Source: Spirochaetota bacterium (GTDB taxonomy: Bacteria; Spirochaetota; UBA4802; UBA5550). Taken from it: a stretch of DNA of 64,000 nucleotides. The stretch spans positions 736,001 through 800,000 of the forward strand of contig OY760686.1 of NCBI GenBank assembly GCA_963663865.1, in the 5' to 3' direction. This document shows, piece by piece, positions 30,796 through 41,600 of this stretch (position 1 is its first letter; each line of letters starts with the position of its first letter). The position numbers and the translations under genes were made by a program. A model generated the notes under the pieces. The model was not told the origin of the DNA and searched no databases. It was given only the letters and a program-made list of their open reading frames with translations.

Positions 30796-30927
30796 TCGCC
30801 CTGAAAGACGCAAAATGAGCAGACGGCCAAAAAGCGCTTGCGGGTAAATGCCGGCATGCTAATATGCCGAATCTGATATGCAATTTTGCGGAAAATGCGC
30901 TGCCGCTTCCCGCAGAAGGAGGAGCAA

Positions 30928-31386
30928 TTGAAAAAGTCAATACCTGGAATGGTCATGAAATCGGCGGTACTGGCTATAGCGATTTTCATGTCATCCTGCG
31001 AGTTAAATGAGTCCTGGTACACCGACCTTGCTCCCGGAGACGCTAAAACTGTTGAGATTGCGGCAATGGGACAGCATGTATACAGGGTCCATTTCCCGAT
31101 AGCAGCAGATTATACCATAGCCATATCACAGCTTACGAGCAACTTTGGCCTGTCGATGTACCATTATGACGCGTCAGCTCAGAAGATTGACGAGCTTGTC
31201 GACGAGTTTCTTGTAGTGGACGATTTTAGTGATTCTACCGGAGAATCCATCCTGGCGCGTATTGAGCAGCCGGCGTATTATTTCATCATCGTAAATGAAC
31301 TTGATAATGTTCCCGGTTCATACAGGATCACCTTCGATTACAATGACGTTAAAGACGGCGGCGGTGTTCAGCTGCTCAAACTTTAA
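30928..31386 (+). CDS. Hypothetical lipoprotein
   Basis: GGAGGAG RBS before TTG 30928; lipobox FMSSC; beta-rich body. Confidence 0.7.
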   Translation: MKKSIPGMVMKSAVLAIAIFMSSCELNESWYTDLAPGDAKTVEIAAMGQHVYRVHFPIAADYTIAISQLTSNFGLSMYHYDASAQKIDELVDEFLVVDDFSDSTGESILARIEQPAYYFIIVNELDNVPGSYRITFDYNDVKDGGGVQLLKL

Positions 31387-31548
31387 TAGAAAAAGTCCGG
31401 TAAAGGTCAGCAATCAGGATTTCTTGAGCTTACTGATAAATGAAAATTTATTGACTAATATCGCGATAAGGCTAATATCAGCATAGGGGTGTCAGTGGCG
31501 CGAAGTTGCCGCAGGGGCATTATCCAGAACATATAACAGAGGCTTCAT

Positions 31549-32124
31549 ATGAAAGTAGTGCATGTGCTAAAACGCATAGAAATGCTCGATCAGGACATCC
31601 GTGATCTTAAAAAACTGGAAAAGTCAATTGCTCGTGACAAGTCGTTCTCAACTCCGATATACATGTCTATTGAGAAGCAGATCAACCTTCTTCTCGGCGA
31701 GAGAATAAAGCTGCTCGAACTAACAATCGCCAATCCTCCAGAAACCCTTGTTGAAGCGATAGAGGGTAAACCGGAAGAGGAGGTACCAGCCCCTCCGGCA
31801 AGAAAAAAGTCCAGGTCTAAAGCGCGGGCAAAGGCCAGGCCCAAAAAGGAAGAACTTCCGGCGAAACCCGCGAGGCGTATTGAAGATGACGATGATGATG
31901 ACGACATGATCCCCATGCTAACGCAGGACATGATTGACGAGAAGATCAGCGGGATGAAGGCCGACGAGGACAGGCCTCCGCGCGACGTCAAGCCTGACGA
32001 TTACAGAAATGACGACAGCATCAAGATTCTCGATATCGCTCTTGAAAAGGGAACGCTGAACCGAAAGGAAATCGATAAAGAGAAAAAGGTCAGATTTTTC
32101 AGAGAGAACTTCCCGGTTGACTGA
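31549..32124 (+). CDS. Hypothetical cytoplasmic protein (coiled coil with basic and acidic linkers)
   Basis: 191-aa ORF with GAGG RBS and a downstream terminator. Confidence 0.75.
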   Translation: MKVVHVLKRIEMLDQDIRDLKKLEKSIARDKSFSTPIYMSIEKQINLLLGERIKLLELTIANPPETLVEAIEGKPEEEVPAPPARKKSRSKARAKARPKKEELPAKPARRIEDDDDDDDMIPMLTQDMIDEKISGMKADEDRPPRDVKPDDYRNDDSIKILDIALEKGTLNRKEIDKEKKVRFFRENFPVD

Positions 32125-32155
32125 CAGTAAAGAGAATGCTTTTGTTTTTTTAGAG

Positions 32156-32182
32156 GGCCTGCTTGAAAAAGCGGGCTTTTTT
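32156..32182 (+). terminator. Intrinsic terminator
   Basis: GGCCTGCT-TGAAAA-AGCGGGCT stem followed by a T run. Confidence 0.65.
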
Positions 32183-32189
32183 GTGTGTT

Positions 32190-33010
32190 GTGCGCGGGCT
32201 TTTCTCTTAGCAGGGAGCCTGCTTGTCATTTTTCACGCTGAGAGCGTGGCACTTCTTTTGCCGCTTTTTGACCGGCCAAAAAGCGGCGGGAAAAAGCCGT
32301 TCCTCAGGCGCCGGAAGGGCTTGGCTGTAGCTGTTACCAAACTATTGCAGCGCCGTTATCATCATCCTGATGAAACGGCGCCCGGGCGATTTTCATCCAT
32401 GAAAATCTCACTTGTTGGGTTGTTGAAGCAGTGTGCCTATAGTTTCTTAATTCCGCTATAATGTTCCTGCCGACGCATCGTAGTCAGACGCGGAAAAGGA
32501 TGAATTGCCGCTGGCTTTTATATAGCTGCGCTGCGTGACACGCTTTTTTGTTGGCAGGGAGCCTGCCTGGCTTTCTCACACTGGGAGTGTGAGGCCTTTT
32601 TCTTCGTCACTTTCGTCCGGGTTTTTTGCCGCAGGCTTTAACTTGCTCAGCTGTGCGACTTGCTTTTCTCTTGTCAGAGACAGGGAGCCTGTGGACCATT
32701 TTCACGCTGAGAGCGTGGTACATCGTTGGCTTGTAACGGTATCGACCGTTTTCCGAAAATATATTTTGTGCGGAGCGCACGGGCATTTCTTCCGCCACTT
32801 TTTTGTTGCGCCACAAAAAAGTGGCCAAAAAAAGGCGTTCCTCAATCGCCGTAAGGGCTGGCTTTTGCAGTTAGCAAACTATTTCAGCGCCGTTATCATC
32901 ATCCTGATGAAACGGCACCCGGGAGATTTTCCTCCATGAAAATCTCACTTGTTGAGCTGTTGAGGCAGTGTGCGTGTAGTCTCTTAAATCCCCCATTATG
33001 TTCCAGCCGA
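32190..33010. repeat. Composite multi-hairpin repeat cluster 1 (two full units plus partial modules)
   Basis: 70-bp core CAGCGCCGTTATCATCATCCTGATGAAACGGC...GAAAATCTCACTTGTTG at 32348 and 32885; CACRCTGRGAGYGTG hairpins at 32234, 32577, 32703. Confidence 0.9.
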
Positions 33011-33171
33011 ATTCTCGCAGCTCCCGTGTGGCTGACGGTGATGAAGAGGTGCGCCTCGCGCGCAAAAGAAAGTACGCTCCCTACAAAGAGTGCATTTAAA
33101 GATAATAAATCGAAGGAAGCCAGAGAAAAAAGTGAGAAGATGCTGAAACGGAATCTACGGGAGCCTGTTAT

Positions 33172-34044
33172 TTACAATATATTGTAAATATGCTTAATCA
33201 TTCCGGATTGCCATTTTTTTTTAGATTTAATATACATATACCTATGACACTTCGAACTTGCCAAAAGAGATTTCAGGTTAAGGTTGCAGTCATAATTATA
33301 AAGAAAATGTGTTAAAAGCTCATTTAACAACATCCGTTTTTTTAAATATGTAAATGGGGAATGTAAAAATGTGAAAATTTTTGCTGAATCAATAAATCTG
33401 GCAACATCCATATATGGAGATCCAAAGTAAAAGATTTCCTTGAAATCAATAATCCAAATGCGATTTGTATTGTCTATTAAAACATTCATGGGTTTGAAAT
33501 CAGCATGAATGTAACAGAAATCATCTTTAGGCAAAGATTCATACAGACTTGTAATTTCATTATTTTCGTATGTTTCAGCTTCTTTTAGCCTATTGCTGTC
33601 AAATCGGCAAAAAGATTTCTTGAAGCTCATCTCCCTGGGGAATAGGTTGTGGTATTCTTTTAAAACCATGCCCGATCTGGAAAAAATATCAATCAGTTTT
33701 GTGAAATCCTTTAGAATATTGTCATGGAGAATACTTTGTATGTTTTTTGATCCTTCTACATACTTCATAACATAGAAGTTCTCTTTTTTGTTACTGAAAA
33801 AGGGCTCTGGGATATTAAAATTTAAATAATTACGTTTGTTTAGCCAGGATTTATAAACCATAGAATGATTCATGAAATCTTTGTGCATATTTTCTCCATG
33901 TTTTCCAAGTTTGAGCACATAAGATTGGTGTTCGCTCCTGATTTCATATACTCGTGAACAGTCGGTAGTTGACATTAGTTTATAAGAATGGATGTTTTCT
34001 CCAATCTGTTTTTCTATTCCTCTTATGATTCTTTTTATAGCCAT
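33172..34044 (-). CDS. Aminoglycoside phosphotransferase/choline kinase-like small-molecule kinase, AT-rich
   Basis: YVLK, YVMKYVEG, IHADFKPMNVL (HxDxxxxN), IIDF; visibly lower GC than the flanks. Confidence 0.8.
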   Translation of the reverse strand: MAIKRIIRGIEKQIGENIHSYKLMSTTDCSRVYEIRSEHQSYVLKLGKHGENMHKDFMNHSMVYKSWLNKRNYLNFNIPEPFFSNKKENFYVMKYVEGSKNIQSILHDNILKDFTKLIDIFSRSGMVLKEYHNLFPREMSFKKSFCRFDSNRLKEAETYENNEITSLYESLPKDDFCYIHADFKPMNVLIDNTNRIWIIDFKEIFYFGSPYMDVARFIDSAKIFTFLHSPFTYLKKRMLLNELLTHFLYNYDCNLNLKSLLASSKCHRYMYIKSKKKWQSGMIKHIYNIL

Positions 34045-34339
34045 AGTAATTCTAAATCCGGTTTAACTGAAAATATGATTCCTGCCTGCTCTGCGAATGA
34101 GCTGAGGCAGTACAAAGAACTCAAAAAATTGTAAAGACGGCTATCACTGACAAAGCTGTATAAATAACCAATTAACTAAAAGGATAAAAAAGTCAATAGA
34201 ATAGTCAAAATAATTATCATTTAAATTAATGGGAACGAATATAATCTTTCAATACTATGTTTCAGAATTGAGTTTCTTCTTAACAATTTGGACCTGGTAG
34301 TCTTGATTTTAGAGTAGGGGGGTGGTGTCTGCCTTGAAT

Positions 34340-35000
34340 TTTTCATGCCGAGAGTGAGGCTTCTCTTTTGCCGTTTTTGACCAGCGTCTGTTGCCGCAGG
34401 CTTATATTCAGCTGCGCTGCGCGAGATGCTGTTCTTTTGGCAGGGAGCCTGCCTGGCTTTTTCACACTGGGAGTGTGAGGCCTTTTTTTAGTCACTTTCT
34501 TTTTTAGAGCCAAAAAGGGGTGTTGCCCTAGGCTTTAACTCGCTCAGTTCCGCGACTCGCTTCTCTTCTGGCAGAGAGCCTGTCTGTTATTTTTCACACT
34601 GAGAGTGTGAGACCTTTTTCTTCGTCACTTTCGTCCGGGCGAAAGTGACCAAAGCCCGTTCCTCAGGCGCCGGAAGGGCTTGGCATTTGTAGTAACTCGA
34701 CTATTTCAGCGCCGTTATCATCATCCTGATGAAACGGCGCCCGGGAGATTTTCCTCCATGAAAATCTCACTTGTTGAGCTGCTGAGGAAGGGTGCGTCCA
34801 GTTTTTTAATTCCGCCATTGTATTTCGGCACCCGGTAGAGCCGCCCAAATTGGGCGGCTCTACCTCACCGTGACACGCAGCACCCCGCGGATGACAAGAT
34901 GAGGAGGGAAGCCGAAGGCCGGAATATTGACTTCAGTACAAATCGCACTGGTTGAGCTGTTGAGGCAGTGTGCATGCATAGTCTTTCCATCTCCATTATG
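34340..35000. repeat. Composite multi-hairpin repeat cluster 2, including a GTAG palindrome
   Basis: Hairpins at 34463 and 34595, core at 34707-34776, GTAG palindrome at 34835-34863, partial tail near 34941-35000. Confidence 0.9.
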
Positions 35001-35147
35001 TTTTGATCTTCTGTTTCGATATCGGGCTTTTTATGTAATAACGTTCAGCATCAGAGAAAATGAAAAAAATTGCATTAGAATAAAAAATAATTCACGGCCG
35101 AAGAATATGGAACGTGTAACTAATAGATATCAAAGGGTAACGATACA

Positions 35148-35224
35148 ACTGGAACACAAACGGTATTGAAACGGTGTACGACTGGAGCAGTAACGGAGAT
35201 ATAACGGAGTAGTAACGGAGCTGT
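35148..35224 (+). repeat. Seven degenerate 11-bp direct repeats (AACGG/ACTGG cores)
   Basis: Cores at 35148, 35159, 35170, 35181, 35192, 35203 and 35214. Confidence 0.75.
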
Positions 35225-35388
35225 AGATGTTAACATGAGGCTGTGAGGGAGCAAAAATGCCCGGGACGTTTTTTTGCATTGTCAGCTGTTGTTGTGAGAA
35301 ACCGGGGGATTTTTCCAACAAGCGGGTGAAGATATCTATGCATTATGGCATATTACGTAATAATATTGATCTAACCGTCATTATGTTC

Positions 35389-35435
35389 CGGCACCCGGTA
35401 GAGCCGCCCAATTTGGGCAGCTCTACCGGGTGCCG
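35389..35435. repeat. GTAG-type REP-like palindrome
   Basis: CGGCACCCGGTAGAGCCGCCCAA-T-TTGGGCAGCTCTACCGGGTGCCG; 23-bp arms with one mismatch. Confidence 0.85.
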
Positions 35436-35542
35436 TATTGTGCAGGTATATCTACGCAGGGAACGGTCGAGACTGTTCCGCATCATCCACCAAGACTACA
35501 TCGAGTCATCCATGGTATAAAAAGAAAAGCAGCGAGAAAAGC

Positions 35543-35571
35543 TTGACATTAAGAATTGTACTGGTTATGAA
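35543..35571 (+). promoter_or_regulatory. Putative sigma70 promoter of rhs
   Basis: TTGACA-17 bp-TATGAA, followed by a GAGGAG RBS and ATG 35602. Confidence 0.5.
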
Positions 35572-35601
35572 TTTCTCACATACCATTTGAGGAGCCGGCA
35601 G

Positions 35602-38600
35602 ATGAATATTATTCAAGCCCTTTCAAGCCCTTTCAAGCCCTTTCAAGCCCTTTCAAGCCCTTTCAAGCCCTTTCTGATTATTCTTATGTTATCATTTTTC
35701 ATTATCTGTGCAGATAATATTTACGCGAACCACGCGGTCAATCCCGACGGGTCTTTCGCCTATAGCATTCCAATTGAGGTCCCGCCCGGAACGAATGGAA
35801 TAGCCCCTTCGCTTTCTCTTACATATAACTCAAACGCCGGCAACGGAATCTGCGGTGTCGGGTGGCAGCTTTCCGGACTGCCGTACATTACGCGCGACAG
35901 TACCTATCCTGTAAACTATGACGGGTTTGACCATTACACAGGGCCTGCCGGACGGCTGGTAAATATCGGCGGCAGCGTCTATCATTACGAGGATGAGAAC
36001 TTCTGCAGGGTGGAGGCACATGGTTCTTATGGCGACGGCCCTGAGTACTGGGTAGAGACAAAGCCTGACGGGACGAAGTATTATTACGGATATAACAGCG
36101 GGGAATGCGACTTCGGTTCCAGCTATCGTTCAAAGATATCAATGGTAAAAGGCAACGGATCTATAACTTCTAATACAAGGGTCTGGGCCCTGTCAAAGGT
36201 TCAGGATATTAACGGAAATTATTACAGCATCAAATATACCCAGTCAAATGGCCAGTTTTACCCTGAGGAAATTATTTATACCGGAAATGTCGTAACAGAT
36301 TACGATGCCCGCCGGTCAGTTGAGTTCGATTACGAATCAAGGACAGACGATATTGCTGATTATTCATCCTCATCAAGAGTCGAGACATATAACAGATTGA
36401 AAAGCATAACGGTAAAGCTTGACGGAGATGAGGTCAGGAAATACACTCTTTATTACTCAAGCACTTCATCCTATGGAGGGCTTAGAAGCCGTATTGCCAA
36501 TGTTGCCGACAGCGGTCTGCCTGCGGGAGAAAATTTTTACAGCTTCAGCTGGACAAACTCGCCTGTATCTTACAACTCTTATTATGGAAATCTGAACTAC
36601 GATACTGAGAATATTGGTAATTCCTATTTTGGCGATTATGATGGTGACGGCAAGCTCGATTACATGATAAAAAACGGCGCCTCCCTGAAGGTTTTCAAAT
36701 TTAACGGATCAGGCTGGGTTGATATCGGACAGTACTCGGGTGTCGGTTATGTTTATAATATGATGGTGGATGTGAACGGCGATAATAGATCAGATCAGAT
36801 AATGCCAACTATGGATTTCTCTCAGGCAGATTACAATTTTCATTTCTATCATACAATCAGGTATGCCGGTTCCGGGACACTGGAGAATGTCACTTTCGGC
36901 AATGACGCTTATACGGCAAGTGCTGTTACGGTTGATGCCAGAGTGCGCTACGTTGATGTCAACGGGGACGGGAAATGTGATATAGTGTATAGAGACGCGA
37001 ATAATAACCACAAATTCCTGTATCGGACTGAACCCGGTCAGGGGAATTATCCTCAATCCGGGGGGAACTGGAGGCTGGGGACAAGCGTGCAATTCCCGAG
37101 CGGGAGCACGGATTCCGGATCTGATTATCCCTGTTTCACATACACTGACGCTACAGGTGATGGGAAAGCTGATATTGTATTTATAAAATACGATCCAGTA
37201 TCGGGGACAGTTAAAGCAAGGGTTTGTGTAAACAAGGGCTCAGGATGGCAAGAGAGCTTTACAGCTTATTCATTTCCATCGAGTTATTCTACGATATCTG
37301 ACAGATATACTGTTACAGACATGAACGGAGATGGACTGACGGATATTGTTTACAGAAATGATAACAATCAGCATTATATTTATTCAAGCACAGGGACTTC
37401 ATTCAGGCAGAGCGCGTACACGGATATTTTGGGAACTGAATCGGATTCAGCTTATTATAACTACTATGATATGAATGGCGACGGTTGGACGGACATTGTT
37501 GCCATGAATTCCTCTGGGAATTTTACAATAGCTCTGGCAAAGTCTGTCATAGGCAAAAACTGGACCACTGTAAGCAAATCTCTGGGGAACGGAGATAAGG
37601 AAAGGTACCGGTTTGGAGATTTCAACGGAGACGGCCGGGTTGATATTTTATATATCAACAAATCATCAGATCAATTAGTGCTCGGGACTTCATTTTGTAA
37701 GGCAATAGAGAAGATTTCTACAGCGACTCCGCCGAATCAGACATTAACGAGTGTTGTTTATGAGCTTCCGACAACCATGACAGATAATATTGATGATTGG
37801 GTTGCTGACAGTGCTTTATATTTGTCGGGAGGGAGCGGTAAATTTATGCCGGATAATACCCCGAGGAGCCTGGTGTCATCACTAACAGTTCATGACGGTG
37901 TTTCATATTATGACGCGGATGAATACTGTTTGTGGTACGAGCCTGATATAAGCGTGTGTTATGAGCCGGATTATAGAAAAATAAGTTCAACAGTTTACTC
38001 ATATCACAACGGACTGATAAAGAAGGGATTGCCATATGAGAGGAAGAGTGTCGGATTTGAAAGAGTTGCGTCCAGAATGGGGGATGGAACCTATGCAAGG
38101 AATGATTATATTCAGACAGGGCTTTCGTTTCCCGGAAGAATGGCATACCATTATGAGTTTAGCTCCGAAAGACAGACAATTAGTCGAAAGTATTATACGT
38201 ATCTGGAGGAGACGCCGTATTCCGGAGTGAAGTGGATTAAGACGGATTCTGAACTCAGTCATGACTATGAATCAGGAGTAGCTGTTTCAAATATTCTGAG
38301 AGAATATGGCTACGACGAAGGCGATAGTGGTTGTTATGGTAACGTAACTTCAATAGCGATGAGTGTCAACGGTAATGATGGACTATATACGGAGATATCT
38401 TACAGTCCGAATCAATCGGACTGGATAATTAACCGGGTAATATCGGTAAAGAAATGGGAGAACAGCAGCTGCGCCAATCTTATTTCATGGTCGAGCTTTG
38501 GTTACGATAATTACGGATGGGGAGGAAATATCAAGACGAAGGCAGATTACCTGAAGGAAGGTACGAGCTGGAGGGCTATTGAAAGAAATTTTGGATATGA

Positions 38601-41600
38601 TGATTACGGAAATATAACATCGCTTTCTTTCCCAAATGGGACAGGAGGAAATTCCAGCGTCATAACGAACACATATGACGAGGACTATCATACCTTTCCT
38701 GTTGAAGAAATATCATCTAATGACAGCGGCACAGAGCTCAAAACAATTACTACCTATGATTATGCTACTGGAAATAAAACATCAGTTACGGATGCCAATG
38801 GCAATACTACTGTTTATGAATATGACGATTATGGAAGAATTGTTGCTGAGAAGGCCCCTGGCGATGACTGGACAAAACAGTATTTATACTCCAAAGAATA
38901 CTTCCCGGCGCCTTACAGCGTTGTTGAGAGCCGCTTTAAAGACGATTCGTCTCTCGGTTATTCGTGGAAGCGTGAATACTATGACGGGCTTAAGCGCGTT
39001 GTAAAGACCGAGTCGAAGGGGTACAATGGACATGCGCTTGTTCAGGAGTTTAGCTATGATCTGCTCGGAAGGCTTGAGTCAAAGACAAACCAGTACCTGA
39101 GCGGATGCGATACTCCTCAGAAAACGGAATATGAATATGACAGCGCCGGAAGGCCGCAGAAGGCGGAAGCTCCGGATTCAACGGTCAAGAGAACGGAGTA
39201 CAGCTACGCGGGAAACCTCAAGGTGCTCAGGGAGATAGATGCTGACGGCAATGCCAGTTTGAGCAAGTATGACGCGCAGGGGAGGCTCAGGTACCAGGTT
39301 GATCCGTCGGGCGGAACGATAACATATAACTACGATGCCCTCGGCAGGCTGATATCGACTGTTGACGCGGGCGGGAATGTAACCTCAATTGCCTACGATA
39401 CTCTCGGAAGGAAGACGTCGATTACTGATCCGAACACGGGGACTACCTCGTTTACCTACTATGACAGCGGCGATGTGAAGACCCAGACGAACGCGCGAGG
39501 TGTAACGCTTACCTATACCTACGACTCGCTTAACAGGATAACATCTGAGAGCTCTTCAGACGGGACTGTCAGGGCCGAGTATGTCTATGACAGCGGGACT
39601 ACGAACAACCTCAAGGGCAGGCTTTACGGTGTAGATGACAATTCGGGGAGCACGGTGTTTTCATACGACGCGAGGGGTAATGTCACTCACACCCTGCGTT
39701 CAATAGACTCAGACGGAGACGGGGTTGAGGACCGCGAATTCGCGGCGTCATTTGCCTACGATTCGCAGAAGAGGCTTGTTGAAACGGCCTATCCTGACGC
39801 GAATCATCTTGTTGTGAAGAGGGTGTACGGGGAGGCCGGAAACCTCCACGCGGTGACAGACGAGTCGGGCAACGCCTTTGTGCAGTACAGAAGGTCTGGG
39901 TCGACAGCGACTGCCATGAACGGCCATTCCATAAGCAGGATGACCGGAAACGGTGTTGAGACAGTAGTTGATTTTAATCCCGCCAACATGAGACCCGTCA
40001 CTCTTGAGACAAAGAGGGGGAATGATGTTCTTGAGCAGATGAGCTATACGTTCAGACCAGGGGGCAATATTCTTTCAATAACCGACGGATGTACCTCTGA
40101 CGGTAATGACAGCGAGAGCTTTACCTACGATTCGGTTGGAAGGCTGGCACAGGCGGTATCGGCTTCATCGATGTATGGAACAAGGGACTATGTATACGAC
40201 GCTCAGGGAAATATACAGCTGCATGTCGTAGACAACTCGGTAGCTTTCGGCTACACCTATGGCAGCTCAGCGCATCCTCACGCGGTTTCTTCTACAACAG
40301 CTTTGCCATACAACATGCCGGTGGGCTCATACAGCTATGACTCAACCGGCAACATGACTTACAGAAACGGCAAGACGCTTGTCTACGACGCGAAGAACCG
40401 TCTCATAGAGGTGAGAAACGGGGCTAATGTAGTGGAAAGCTACGTCTACGACTTTACCGGTGCGAGAATAATCAAGAAGCTCGCTGACGGTTCGGCGGTG
40501 TTCTCCATAAACGGGATGCATGACCTGAAGACAACGCCCGGGTTCCCCGATCAGTACGTGAATTACATAACAGGGGCTGAGGGCGACCTTGCCGCGCAGA
40601 TTGAGGGAGTCAACACGGCAGCCGGCGCGAGCGTCTACCCTGTTGTGAAGAACATGTACAACTGGAAGAGCCCGGCGGGACTGATGCTAACGATAAACGC
40701 CTACGCGAGCGCGTGGCTGAACAACCCGGCGAACTACAGAAGGCTGGGATACGCGCTCTTCGTCCTGCTTTTGGCGGCGTGTTCATTTGTGCTGTTCTAC
40801 AGCGTGAGAAGGTATAAAGCAGCAAGGAGCGCTAATCCTGGTTACATGCTGCCATGGCCATGGCTGAGGCACAGCGTACCCGGAATACTGCTCTTCTTCG
40901 TGTTTACATCTTTCGGGCTCACCGGCTGCTTCGACGGGTCGGTAGACAATACGACAAGAAGCAATGTGAAGTACATGCACCCCAACCATGTAGGTTCAGT
41001 GGCAATGGTAACCGACCACGAAGGAACGGTGGTGGCGCGGTACAAGTACGAGCCGTACGGGAAAGTACTGGTTCAGTCAACAGGCACCGGAATTTCAGAC
41101 TACAAGTACACATCACAAAAGTCGGACGCTACAGGCCTCTACTACTACAACGCGAGGTACTATGACCCGGAAATCGGCAGGTTCATAACGGCTGATACCG
41201 AGATACCTGATGTTAAGAACACTCAAGCTTTCAATAGGTACATGTACGTTGTCGGAAATCCGGTGAATTATGCTGATCCGAGTGGACACTGGGGATTCGG
41301 CTGGCTGAAAAATATAGCCAGTAGTGCGTGGAATGGGATTAAAACAGCAGGGAAAGTGATGTATGATTATGTAATAAAGCCTGTGTATGATAATGCCTTA
41401 GCTCCTGTGGGGCATTTCTTCCGGGCTGGCTGGGATGGTGCAATGGATACGGTATTTTCCGGAGATTGGTGGGAAGGGATAGGGAAAAATATTTATAATG
41501 TTTTAACTGACAAAAACTTTTATTATACAGCAGCTTTGGTAGCACTTGTTGTTGGATGTAGTTGTTTTGCTGGATTATCCATCGGCTTGTATATAGGTTT

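Noticed and set aside
30796-30850. c-di-GMP-I riboswitch suggested by GAAAGACGCAAA
   Set aside because: Lacks the upstream GGCAAA and the paired P2 stem of the consensus.
31885-31905. GAY trinucleotide run as a contingency repeat
   Set aside because: Mixed GAT/GAC codons encoding an in-frame poly-Asp linker; no frameshift potential.
32117-33187. Short ORFs in the repeat clusters (also 34663-35520 and 42821-43269) as a small-protein family
   Set aside because: Frames, starts and stops differ between copies, and substitutions preserve base pairing rather than codons.
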